In this document: piece by piece, positions 1-7,568 of the stretch
Layout: every line of letters begins with the position of its first letter
Position numbering within the stretch: the first letter of the stretch is position 1
Virus record (IMG/VR): IMGVR_UViG_3300048574_000056
Location: 1-24,691 of that record
Source: a virus
Lineage: Duplodnaviria > Caudoviricetes
DNA: 24,691 nucleotides
Reading direction: 5' to 3' (one strand)
The notes under the pieces: generated by a model
What the model was told of the DNA's origin: nothing
Database searches by the model: none
The model's input: only the letters and a program-made list of their open reading frames with translations
Translations under genes and position numbers: made by a program

Positions 1-566
1 AGCAGGCCAAGGCGGAGAAGGCCGCACACGAGGCCGCCGTCGCCAAGGCCAAGGCCGAGGGCACCCCGCCACCCCCGCCGCCGGCGTCGAAGGCCAAGGC
101 GCAGGAGTCGGACTGGCAGCGCGAGCGGCGCGAACGCGAGGAGCGCGAAGCGGCGATCGTCAAGGTCGCGTTGCCCGCGTCCGAGGTCCGCGTCCCGTGG
201 GTCCTCAACACCCTCGGCGAGCTCGTCAAGGTCAAGGTCACCGTCAAGCCGGCGGTCCGCGCACTGCTGCTCGCCGCCCTCGCCGTCCGCGAGCAGGTCT
301 ACGGCTGCGACCCCGACCTGCTCGCCGCCTGCGGCATCACGACGTCGCCCGACAGCTCCCCCGACTTCAGCACCATCACGGACGCCCAGGCCATCGTCCT
401 GCTGGCCGGGGAGACGGCCGAAGTGGCGGCCGATCTGACGAGCGCCTGGGACTGGTCCGAGCGCGGCGACGGCGGCAGGACCCTCGCACTGCTCGTCGAG
501 CTCGGCTACACGCCCAGCGACGACGAGAAGCGGCTCGCCGCCGGCGAGATCGGCGCCGAGCGGTGA
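1..566 (+). CDS. 5'-truncated protein, probably the C-terminus of a ParB/Spo0J-family phage protein
   Basis: Frame 3 is open from the window edge to TGA 564-566. A charged, Pro-rich linker (ERREREEREAA) is followed by LVELGYTPSDDEKRL, resembling the L-xx-x-GY-x-[PL]S-xx-E ending of actinobacterial ParB-like proteins. The ParB domain itself is not in the window. Confidence 0.55.
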   Translation, partial: QAKAEKAAHEAAVAKAKAEGTPPPPPPASKAKAQESDWQRERREREEREAAIVKVALPASEVRVPWVLNTLGELVKVKVTVKPAVRALLLAALAVREQVYGCDPDLLAACGITTSPDSSPDFSTITDAQAIVLLAGETAEVAADLTSAWDWSERGDGGRTLALLVELGYTPSDDEKRLAAGEIGAER

Positions 567-742
567 TCGCCACCAGCGACCCCGGCCATGACCCGGACAA
601 GGCGCGGGAGAAGCGCAGCTTTGCCCGGGCTCTCAAGCGGCGCGGGACGGGCGAGTGGTCCGTCAACGATGCCGCGAAGCAGCAGCGGCGGGCGCGGGCC
701 AAGCGCGCCCGCAAGGCCCGCCAGGTGCAGAGGCGACGCTGA
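563..742 (+). CDS. Small basic hypothetical protein (59 aa), Arg-rich C-terminus
   Basis: GTG 563 overlaps the upstream stop (GTGA) and the stop overlaps the next ATG (TGATG). Ends RRARAKRARKARQVQRRR. Confidence 0.7.
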   Translation: MIATSDPGHDPDKAREKRSFARALKRRGTGEWSVNDAAKQQRRARAKRARKARQVQRRR

Positions 743-1062
743 TGCCCGAGGTCGCGTTCCCACTCACCCCCGCGCTCGTCGCCTCAGATGACCCCGGCGA
801 GCTGCAGTACGCGATCCGGTTCGCGATCGCGGCCGCGGGCCTCGACGTCATGAAGCACCGCATCGCGTCGATGCGCGACGCCGTCCGCGTCGGACCCGAT
901 GGCGTCGCGGGTCTGTGGCTCGTGCTGGACCTGGTCCGGCACGAGCCCGCCGCCGGCGAGCTGGATGAGGCCGACCAGGCGTTCGCCGCGCTCGCCAACC
1001 TCGCCACGCGCACACCCGACGGAACGCCGACCTGCCCGACCTGTCACCGACCCCTCACCTGA
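742..1062 (+). CDS. Hypothetical protein (106 aa) with C-terminal CPTCHRPL motif
   Basis: ATG 742 is coupled to the upstream TGA. Codon usage is GC3-rich. There is a terminal CxxC. Confidence 0.75.
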   Translation: MPEVAFPLTPALVASDDPGELQYAIRFAIAAAGLDVMKHRIASMRDAVRVGPDGVAGLWLVLDLVRHEPAAGELDEADQAFAALANLATRTPDGTPTCPTCHRPLT

Positions 1063-1074
1063 ACGGAGACCCAC

Positions 1075-1344
1075 ATGACAATCCACACCGCAACGCCCGC
1101 CGGCGCCCGTGCCGCGTCCGCATGGGCCAACTACCCCGGCGACACCAGGTACGCACTCGGCCAGGTCGTCGGCCCGAACACCCTCCGCGAGACCCTCACC
1201 GTCGTCGCGGCCGAGTACGACGACGAGGCCAACACCACCCGGCTCGGCTTCGCCTACGGCCTCGTCGACGGCGCGCAGCTCCCTCCCTGGCTCCAGCCCC
1301 GGCACCCGGTGTACGGCGTCCCCACCGCGGCAGCGTCGTCGTGA
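1075..1344 (+). CDS. Hypothetical protein (89 aa)
   Basis: ATG is preceded by a GGAG SD-like sequence, and the stop overlaps the next GTG (GTGA). Confidence 0.75.
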   Translation: MTIHTATPAGARAASAWANYPGDTRYALGQVVGPNTLRETLTVVAAEYDDEANTTRLGFAYGLVDGAQLPPWLQPRHPVYGVPTAAASS

Positions 1345-1547
1345 GCAACGTCCAGGTGGTCTCTCCCGCGCAGAGCTACAGGTCCGCGACGGTCACCGCG
1401 TTCCTGGCCGAGGCACAGGAGTTCGGCGTCCGCGTCTCGCTCGCCGACGACTCCGACATGGGCGCCCTCAAGGTGATGACGGCCGTGATGCAGCGGATCC
1501 GCCACGTCGAGGCCCGCCTCGACGCCCTCGAGCAGGCCCGGCCATGA
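1341..1547 (+). CDS. Hypothetical protein (68 aa) with short C-terminal coiled coil
   Basis: GTGA overlap at the start and ATGA overlap at the end. MSNVQVVSPAQSY...RIRHVEARLDALEQARP. Confidence 0.7.
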   Translation: MSNVQVVSPAQSYRSATVTAFLAEAQEFGVRVSLADDSDMGALKVMTAVMQRIRHVEARLDALEQARP

Positions 1548-2212
1548 CCGCCCTACCGGCCGAGTCGACCGTGCAGCACGGCACCCTCACCTGCTACGCG
1601 CGCGGCTGCCGACACCCGGACTGCCGGCGAGCGGCGTGGCGCCACAACAAGGAGCTGCGGGTCCGCGTCCTGCGCGGCGAACCACGCCTGATCGACGCCG
1701 CACGGATGCGCGAGCACGTCGAGCAGTTGCTCGCCGCCGGCATGAGCTTCCGCGCGATCAGCCTCGCCGCGGGCTGGAAGTCCCGCAACGCCCTTGACGA
1801 GGCGCTGAAGCGGAACCGGGTCCTGCCCCGCACGTTCAACCGCGTCATGGCCGTCACCCCCGACAGCGACCAGCGACCAACCACCTACATCGACGCCACC
1901 GGCGCCCGTCGACGACTCCAGGCGCTCGCCGCGATCGGGTGGGACTCGAGGACGCTCGCGGCCCGGCTGCGGCAGAAGCACCCCACGACCGTCCAGCACG
2001 TCCGCTCAGGCCGACAGCCACGCCTTCGCAGGTCGACCGCCGCCAAGATCGCGGCCCTGTTCGACGAGCTGTGGGACCAGCCCGGCCCGAGCGACCGTGC
2101 CCGCCTGGACGCTGCGCAGCGCCGCTGGGCGCCTCCGATGGCCTGGGACGACGAGTCGATCGACGACCCGGCTGTGCGCCCCCACGGCGTCCACAGGGCG
2201 GTCGACCGATGA
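1544..2212 (+). CDS. Putative DNA-binding protein (222 aa): N-terminal Cys/His knuckle plus two tandem HTH-like repeats
   Basis: HGTLTCYARGCRHPDCR motif. Two similar modules, IDAARMREHVEQLLAAGMSFRAISLAAG and IDATGARRRLQALAAIGWDSRTLAARL. C-terminal WAPPMAWDDESIDDP, as in a common actinophage HTH family. Confidence 0.75.
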   Translation: MTALPAESTVQHGTLTCYARGCRHPDCRRAAWRHNKELRVRVLRGEPRLIDAARMREHVEQLLAAGMSFRAISLAAGWKSRNALDEALKRNRVLPRTFNRVMAVTPDSDQRPTTYIDATGARRRLQALAAIGWDSRTLAARLRQKHPTTVQHVRSGRQPRLRRSTAAKIAALFDELWDQPGPSDRARLDAAQRRWAPPMAWDDESIDDPAVRPHGVHRAVDR

Positions 2213-2370
2213 CGCACCGCTGCACCCAGATCGAGGTCGACGCCGAGGGCCGCGTCTACCGCTGCAGCCGTTCCTGGCCGCACGTCGGCAGGAAGCACTT
2301 CATGCGGCTCATCGGCCGCCGGATCTCCGCAGACCGTCTAGCCCGCCTGCGACTGAGAGGAGTCATCTGA
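2209..2370 (+). CDS. Small hypothetical protein (53 aa), possible Cys2His2 metal binder
   Basis: ATGA and TGATG overlaps at both ends. HRC...YRCSRSWPHVGRKH. Confidence 0.65.
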   Translation: MTHRCTQIEVDAEGRVYRCSRSWPHVGRKHFMRLIGRRISADRLARLRLRGVI

Positions 2371-2546
2371 TGCCCACGAAGCACACAAGGACCGTCGAGC
2401 TCGGCACCGGCGACTCGGTCACCTTCGAGCTCAACATCGACCTGTTCGACCTCGACCGCAAGGGCCGCGCCCTCGTGTGGCAGGTCCTCGAGCTCGTCGC
2501 CACGTTCGACGAGAAGGCCGCGGCCCGCGACGGGCTGGGCAGCTGA
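2370..2546 (+). CDS. Hypothetical protein (58 aa)
   Basis: GAGAGGAG SD upstream and TGATG coupling at both ends. Confidence 0.75.
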   Translation: MPTKHTRTVELGTGDSVTFELNIDLFDLDRKGRALVWQVLELVATFDEKAAARDGLGS

Positions 2547-2779
2547 TGGCCGCCGACGCGCCATTCGCGCTGTGCTGCTGCGGGACGCCGCTCGTCGGCA
2601 CGTTCGAAGTCCCCCGGAAGGAGTGGTACTGCGTCACCTGCGAGGAGTTCCACGAGTGGTCGCACGCCCGCCGCGGCGACGGCCCGAACCCGACCGAGGA
2701 CCTAGACAAGCGCTACCGCATCGCGAAGGCGACCTACGATGCCGAGCGCGCAGCACGCGCTGCCAGGGCGGCCGACTGA
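2546..2779 (+). CDS. Zinc-ribbon-like hypothetical protein (77 aa)
   Basis: LCCCGTPL...WYCVTCEE Cys pairs and TGATG coupling at both ends. Confidence 0.75.
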   Translation: MAADAPFALCCCGTPLVGTFEVPRKEWYCVTCEEFHEWSHARRGDGPNPTEDLDKRYRIAKATYDAERAARAARAAD

Positions 2780-3600
2780 TGCGCGCCATCACCGTCCGGC
2801 AGCCGTGGGCGACCCTCCTCGCGCTCGGGGTGAAGCGCTACGAGACACGGTCTCGACCGACGCACGTCCGGGGTCGGATCGCGATCCACGCCGGCCTGGC
2901 CCGACCGGGCGCCGTCGAGATCGCAGCGGTTCACCAGGCCGCGGAGATCGACCCCCGGCGAATGCTGCTGCGCCGACGGATGGACTGGCACTGGCATCCG
3001 CTGCCGCTCGGCGCCGTGGTCGCGACGGCAGAGCTCGTCGACTGCGTCCGGACCGAGGACACCGCCACGACGACGCTGGAGTGGGCGCTCGGCGACTGGA
3101 CGCCGGGCCGGTGGGCATGGCTCCTCGACGACGTCCAGCCTGTCGACCCGCCCATGCCAGCGAAGGGCAAGCAGGGTTGGTGGGACTGGACCCCCGAGGA
3201 GGCGCGGCGCCTGCTGCAGGCTGAACACGAGATCCCGCCGAGTGTCGACTTCGTCAGGCGGCTGATCCAGCAGCACCGATATCGGTGGGCGTCGGAGTTG
3301 GACCTGCAGGCCGGCATCCACCAGGCGCTGACCGAAGCCGGGGTCGACGTGCGCCGGGAGGTGCGCCTGTCCGCGCGGGACCGTATCGACCTCCTGACCA
3401 GCACGGGCGTCGGGATCGAGGTCAAGGCCCACCGGCCCGCCGAGCCACCCCAGCGCGTCATGGCGCAGCTCGCTCGCTACTCCGAGCACGACGAGCTCAA
3501 GGCGCTCATCCTCGTCAGCACCTCGACCCGACACCGGTTCATCCAGCGGACCCCGTCAGGCATGCCCGTCCGCTTCGTCCTCGTCGGAGGCCTCGCATGA
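2779..3600 (+). CDS. ASCH-domain protein fused to a PD-(D/E)xK-type nuclease domain (273 aa)
   Basis: The N-terminus MRAITVRQPWATLLALGVKRYETRS...IAIHAG...GKQGWW carries the ASCH signature GxKxxExR. The C-terminus SELDLQ...REVRLSARDRIDLL...VGIEVK...QLARY matches the E...D...ExK...QxxxY nuclease pattern. Confidence 0.8.
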   Translation: MRAITVRQPWATLLALGVKRYETRSRPTHVRGRIAIHAGLARPGAVEIAAVHQAAEIDPRRMLLRRRMDWHWHPLPLGAVVATAELVDCVRTEDTATTTLEWALGDWTPGRWAWLLDDVQPVDPPMPAKGKQGWWDWTPEEARRLLQAEHEIPPSVDFVRRLIQQHRYRWASELDLQAGIHQALTEAGVDVRREVRLSARDRIDLLTSTGVGIEVKAHRPAEPPQRVMAQLARYSEHDELKALILVSTSTRHRFIQRTPSGMPVRFVLVGGLA

Positions 3601-5318
3601 CGACCTACGGCCGCCTCTCGTGGATCGACGACCCCCGACCGGCGTGGATCGTCCAGGCCCAGCCCCACGTCACCATCCGCCTCAAGCGGATCTTCCCCCG
3701 CGCCGACATGACACGCGCCGGCCTCGTCGCGCTCGCCGACACCCCCGAGACCGCGCGCGAGCTCGAGTGGTGCATGGACCGCTGGCCGCTCGAGATGGAG
3801 CCCGACGTCGCCCGCCGGCTCCTCCGCTCGGCCGACGCGCACCGCGAGCAAGAGCAGGCCGTCAACGACATCCTGGGCGGCAAGGCCGGCGTGCTCCGAC
3901 TCGACCTCGGCGAGCCCGGCATGACGCCACGCCCGTACCAAGAGCAGTTCGTCGCCCTGCTCGCAGAGGTCCGGCGGATCCTGCTCGGCGACGCCACCGG
4001 CGTCGGAAAGACGATCACCTCCGGCCTCGCCCTGGGCCTGCCGCACGCGCTGCCCGCGCTCGTCGCGATGCCGACGCACCTGCCCGCACAGTGGACCGCC
4101 CGCCTGCACCAGCTGTGGCCGACCTTGCGCGTCCACACCCTCCAGGGGACGCACCCGTACGACCTGCTCGCCCGGTGCAAGGGGCAGTACCCGGACGTCC
4201 TGCTCGCCCCGTACAGCCGGCTGTCGGGCTGGGCGCCGGCCGTCGCTGGCCAGGTGCGGACCGTGATCTTCGACGAGGTCCAGGACCTCCGGCGGGGCAC
4301 CGAGACCTACAAGGGACGCGCGGCCGCGACGATCGCCGGCGCAGCGACGTACGTCGTCGGCCAGTCAGCGACGCCCGCACACAACTACGGCGGCGAGTTC
4401 TGGAACATCCTCGACATCATCAACCCAGGCGCGCTCGGCACCCGCTCCGAGTTCCTGCGCGAGTGGTGCGGCGACACGTGGGACGACGGCAAGCCGGCCG
4501 TCCGGAACCCGCGCGCCTTCGGCACCTACCTCCGGACGCAGGGCCTCATGATCGCCCGCTCGCGCGCCGACGTCGGCCAGGAGCTGCCGAACGCTCCGGT
4601 GATCGAAGTCGAGACCGTGGGAGCCGACAAGGATGCCCTGGACTCCGCGGCCGCGGAGATCTCCGAGCTCGCCCGCATGATCCTCGACGACGGCGCGCAC
4701 CGACAGGACCGGTGGGTCGCCGGCGGCCAGATCGACATGAAGCTGCGCCAGGCAACCGGCGTGGCCAAGGCACCGCACGTCGCGGCCTACGTGCGCCTTC
4801 TGCTCGAGTCGGAGGCCAAGGTCGTCCTGTACGGCTGGCACCGCGCCGTGTACGACATCTGGCTCCGCAAGCTCGCCGATTTCAATCCGGTGCTCTACAC
4901 GGGCACCGAGTCACCCGCGCAGAAGGGCCGGGCGGCCGAGGCGTTCATGAAGCCGAACAGCGACCCGGACGCCTCGCGGGTGCTGATCATCAGCCTCGCC
5001 TCCGGCTCCGGCCTGGACGGCCTCCAGGACGTCTGCAGCACCGTCGTGTTCGGCGAGCTCGACTGGAGCCCGAAGGTCCACACACAGGCGGTCGACCGCA
5101 TCGACCGGCCTGGGCAGACGTCGCCCGTGCTCGTGGTCTACCTGGTGGCCGAGGACGGGTCCGACCCGGTCATCGCCGAGGTGCTCGACCTGAAGTCGCA
5201 GAACATCGACCCGATCATGGATCCAGAGCTGCCGCTCGTGGAGCGCAAGAGGTCGGCGGATCCGGGGGCGAGCCGGATGCGTGGGCTGGCCAAGGCCTGG
5301 CTCGAGCGCCAGGCCTAG
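3597..5318 (+). CDS. SNF2-family (SF2) helicase/ATPase (573 aa)
   Basis: PRPYQ Q-motif, GDATGVGKT Walker A, DEVQ Walker B, SATP motif III, SGSGLDG motif V, ELDWSP and QAVDRIDRPGQ motif VI. GGAGG SD and ATGA overlap at the start. Confidence 0.92.
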   Translation: MTTYGRLSWIDDPRPAWIVQAQPHVTIRLKRIFPRADMTRAGLVALADTPETARELEWCMDRWPLEMEPDVARRLLRSADAHREQEQAVNDILGGKAGVLRLDLGEPGMTPRPYQEQFVALLAEVRRILLGDATGVGKTITSGLALGLPHALPALVAMPTHLPAQWTARLHQLWPTLRVHTLQGTHPYDLLARCKGQYPDVLLAPYSRLSGWAPAVAGQVRTVIFDEVQDLRRGTETYKGRAAATIAGAATYVVGQSATPAHNYGGEFWNILDIINPGALGTRSEFLREWCGDTWDDGKPAVRNPRAFGTYLRTQGLMIARSRADVGQELPNAPVIEVETVGADKDALDSAAAEISELARMILDDGAHRQDRWVAGGQIDMKLRQATGVAKAPHVAAYVRLLLESEAKVVLYGWHRAVYDIWLRKLADFNPVLYTGTESPAQKGRAAEAFMKPNSDPDASRVLIISLASGSGLDGLQDVCSTVVFGELDWSPKVHTQAVDRIDRPGQTSPVLVVYLVAEDGSDPVIAEVLDLKSQNIDPIMDPELPLVERKRSADPGASRMRGLAKAWLERQA

Positions 5319-5914
5319 TCGCGCAGCGCCGGCGCGTACTCGACGTCGGACGCGAGCGCCTCGAGTGATTCGGCCGGCAGGCCGTCGACCTCGGCCGACG
5401 TGACGACGTCGCCGGCGAACGTGATGGTGGCGATCGGGCGCTCCCCGAGTGGGCTGCCGTCCTCGGTCTCGAACGCCATCGTCCCGACCGTGATGAGCTG
5501 CCCGAGGGGCAGGCCCGTGGAGCGCAGCGCCTGGATGATGTCCGCGCTGTCGTGCCAGGCCGCCGTCCGCAGCAGGCCGGCGCTCAGGTTGTCGTTCACC
5601 GCATACGTGACCACGGTGTCGCCGCTGGGCTGGTCGTACACCACGGACGCCACCCGCTGACCATCGCGGTTCAGATCCCCGAGAGCGGCAACAACCGCGG
5701 CCCGGACCGTCTCCTCAGGGCTGGCCGCTGCGGGAGCGGACGCCGGCGTGCTGGAGGCCGGCACATCCACGGGCACGCTCGCCGCCGCTGTGGAGGCCGC
5801 TGCGGGCTCAGACGAGCCCGTGGCATCCGAGGGCGGCACACACCCTGCGAGCGCCAGGGCGGCCAGCGCAGCCCCCGTCATGAGCCCGATCCGTGCCGTG
5901 CCGTGCAGACGCAT
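5315..5914 (-). CDS. Putative lipoprotein (199 aa), the only convincing minus-strand gene
   Basis: ATG at 5914 with a GAGGGGG SD. Signal peptide MRLHGTARIGLMTGAALAALALAG|C has an LAGC lipobox, followed by an Ala/Ser/Pro linker and a globular domain. The stop overlaps the helicase stop (shared CTAG at 5315-5318). Confidence 0.8.
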   Translation of the reverse strand: MRLHGTARIGLMTGAALAALALAGCVPPSDATGSSEPAAASTAAASVPVDVPASSTPASAPAAASPEETVRAAVVAALGDLNRDGQRVASVVYDQPSGDTVVTYAVNDNLSAGLLRTAAWHDSADIIQALRSTGLPLGQLITVGTMAFETEDGSPLGERPIATITFAGDVVTSAEVDGLPAESLEALASDVEYAPALRD

Positions 5915-5942
5915 CGCCGTCCCCCTCGTCGTCGGTGCAGCG

Positions 5943-5948
5943 AGGTTA
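5943..5948 (-). promoter_or_regulatory. Putative SigA-type -10 element (TAACCT) for the lipoprotein gene
   Basis: TAnnnT hexamer on the minus strand about 30 nt upstream of ATG 5914, leaving room for the SD in the leader. No clear -35. Confidence 0.5.
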
Positions 5949-5960
5949 GCGTCGAGCCGG

Positions 5961-5983
5961 CGGGTGACGCGGGGCAGAGGCTG
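5961..5983 (+). promoter_or_regulatory. Late-promoter motif copy 1 (before HNH gene)
   Basis: CGGGTGAC gcggggCag AggcT g, with GTG start at 5989 (A=-11, T=-7). Confidence 0.65.
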
Positions 5984-5988
5984 CGCGG

Positions 5989-6315
5989 GTGCGTCACCGG
6001 TCCCTACGTCGAGCACGCACGTACGCCCAGGAGCGCCGGCCTCTTGTCGAAGCGTTCCTCCAGGAGCGGCCCGTCTGTGAGCGGTGCAGCGCTGCCCGCT
6101 CGGTCGACGTGCACGAGCTCAAGAGCCGTGCTCGAGGGGGCAGCATCCTCGACGAGGACAACCTCGCCGCGCTGTGCCGCGAGTGCCACGACTTCGTGAC
6201 GCAGCACCCGGCCCAGGCCCTCGAGGAGGGCTGGGCGCGCAGCAGCTGGTGGCAGCCCGACGAGGCGATTTCGGACCCCGAGCAGCAGGCAGGGCGAATC
6301 GGACATTTGGGGTAG
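5989..6315 (+). CDS. HNH endonuclease (108 aa), probably terminase-associated (HK97 gp74-like role)
   Basis: CERC...DVHELKSRARGGSILDEDNLAALCRECH is a CxxC + HNH-type + CxxCH pattern. It lies just upstream of the cos-like region and terS. Confidence 0.9.
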   Translation: MRHRSLRRARTYAQERRPLVEAFLQERPVCERCSAARSVDVHELKSRARGGSILDEDNLAALCRECHDFVTQHPAQALEEGWARSSWWQPDEAISDPEQQAGRIGHLG

Positions 6316-6405
6316 GGGGTCCGCGCCACGACGCGCCAGGCCAGCACCCCGCACCACCAACCCCCCATACGCGCACCCGAAATCAGGGAATCGCGAACCC
6401 GAAAC
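6267..6405. other. Probable cos/packaging initiation region
   Basis: Lies at the HNH 3' end, before the terminase operon. A G-tract (TTTGGGGTAGGGGGT) is followed by C-tracts (CCCCGCACCACCAACCCCCC). Flanked by the inverted repeat GATTTCGG 6267-6274 / CCGAAATC 6377-6384. The exact cut site cannot be read from the sequence. Confidence 0.55.
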
Positions 6406-6427
6406 GGGTGACGGGCACCTGACCCTC
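6405..6427 (+). promoter_or_regulatory. Late-promoter motif copy 2 (before the terminase operon)
   Basis: CGGGTGAC gggcacCtg AcccT c. Predicted +1 is A6433, followed by SD GAGAGGA 6446-6452 and ATG 6461. Confidence 0.75.
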
Positions 6428-6460
6428 GATCGAGCACACCCCGACGAGAGGACCTCCGCC

Positions 6461-6700
6461 ATGCAGACCCCGACCCTCGGCCGCATCGTCATCGTTCACG
6501 GAGTCGACCCCACGACGAACAACGGCTCGAGCGAGGCGCCGGCAGTCATCGTCCGCGTCTGGGGTCCGAAGGCCGTCAACCTGAAGGTCCTGACCGACGG
6601 CCCCGACGATCAGTGGTGGGCCAGCATCGCGATCTACGAGGCCGACGACGAGATCCCCGCCGGCCTGCTGCGCTGGGCAACCTGGCCCGCCCGCGTCTGA
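6461..6700 (+). CDS. Conserved phage hypothetical protein (79 aa)
   Basis: Good SD. PTLGRIV...PAVIVRV...VNLKV...WPARV resembles a recurrent small phage protein of unknown function. Confidence 0.85.
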   Translation: MQTPTLGRIVIVHGVDPTTNNGSSEAPAVIVRVWGPKAVNLKVLTDGPDDQWWASIAIYEADDEIPAGLLRWATWPARV

Positions 6701-6701
6701 C

Positions 6702-7121
6702 GTGCCCTGCTGCGCCTGGTGCGGCCGGCCGCTGCCACTACCCAAGGGCAGCGGCCGGCCGCGCAAGTACTGCAATGACAGCTGCCGGTACGCGGCGAAG
6801 AACGATCGCGTGCGCCTGGTCGAAGGGTGGACGGCTGGCGGCGTCGATCTCCACCCTGCCGCCGGCATGTCATCGGCAGAGCTCGAGGCGACGGTCACCG
6901 GCCTGACCGCCGGCCTGCGCGATCGACCCGAGGGTGACGCCGTCGACCGGCTGGCGGCCGCGGTCATCGAGGCGCGCGTGCTCGCGGCCGCGTTTGGCCG
7001 GCTCGCTGCAGAACCCAGCCTGGCCAAGCAGCTGGCGTACCGCTGCGCGATCGTCTGCGCCGCGATCGCCGGCGCCATCGACGATGCGTTCGGGAAGGCG
7101 ACCGATGGCGAGGAAGGCTGA
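6702..7121 (+). CDS. Zn-finger protein (139 aa; CxxC...GRPRKYCxxxCR) with helical C-terminus
   Basis: GTG lies 1 nt after the upstream stop. CAWCGRPL...GRPRKYCNDSCR is an FCS-like treble-clef pattern. Confidence 0.7.
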   Translation: MPCCAWCGRPLPLPKGSGRPRKYCNDSCRYAAKNDRVRLVEGWTAGGVDLHPAAGMSSAELEATVTGLTAGLRDRPEGDAVDRLAAAVIEARVLAAAFGRLAAEPSLAKQLAYRCAIVCAAIAGAIDDAFGKATDGEEG

Positions 7122-7566
7122 CCCGACACGCCCTCGCCGCGGCACCGGCAACCGCCCCGCCGCTGGCCAGAAGTCGACGACGATCGTCGCGCTGCCGATC
7201 GAAGAGCTGCCCGCTCCCCCTGAAGATCTCCCGCCGTCTGTCCGCGGGCTGTGGCGCACGTGCATGGCCGAGCTCACGAACCAAGGCCTCCGCGACGGCG
7301 ACCTCGAGGCCGTCCGGATGCTGTGCCTCGCGGCGCATCGCCACCGCGAAGCCGGCGCGCTGATTCACCGCTACGGCATGCTCGTCGACGGCCCGAAGGG
7401 GCCGATCGTCAACCCGATGATCCGCGTCGAGCGGGACTCCGCGCGCCTGTACGCGCAGCTCGCCGACGCCTTCGGCCTGACCCTGTCGTCACGTCTGCGG
7501 CTCGGCCTCATCCAGCTCGCCGGCCAGTCGCTGCTCAAGGCGCTCAACGACGACCTCGACGCGTAG
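7105..7566 (+). CDS. terS: Terminase small subunit, P27-like family (153 aa)
   Basis: GGGAAGG SD. PAPPEDL...LW...DLEAVRMLC...NPMIRV...FGLTLSSRLRL are typical P27-family features. Lies immediately upstream of terL. Confidence 0.9.
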   Translation: MARKADPTRPRRGTGNRPAAGQKSTTIVALPIEELPAPPEDLPPSVRGLWRTCMAELTNQGLRDGDLEAVRMLCLAAHRHREAGALIHRYGMLVDGPKGPIVNPMIRVERDSARLYAQLADAFGLTLSSRLRLGLIQLAGQSLLKALNDDLDA

Positions 7567-7568
7567 CC

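Noticed and set aside
4910-4917. CGGGTGAC on the minus strand inside the helicase
   Set aside because: The downstream sequence (tcggtgccc gtgtag) lacks A-11 and T-7 and no gene follows. It shows the 8-mer alone can arise by chance.
6931-6953. AGGGTGAC inside the Zn-finger gene, a possible seventh late motif upstream of terS
   Set aside because: It lacks the leading C, the -14 C and the -11 A. Only the T matches, and there is no start codon at +1.
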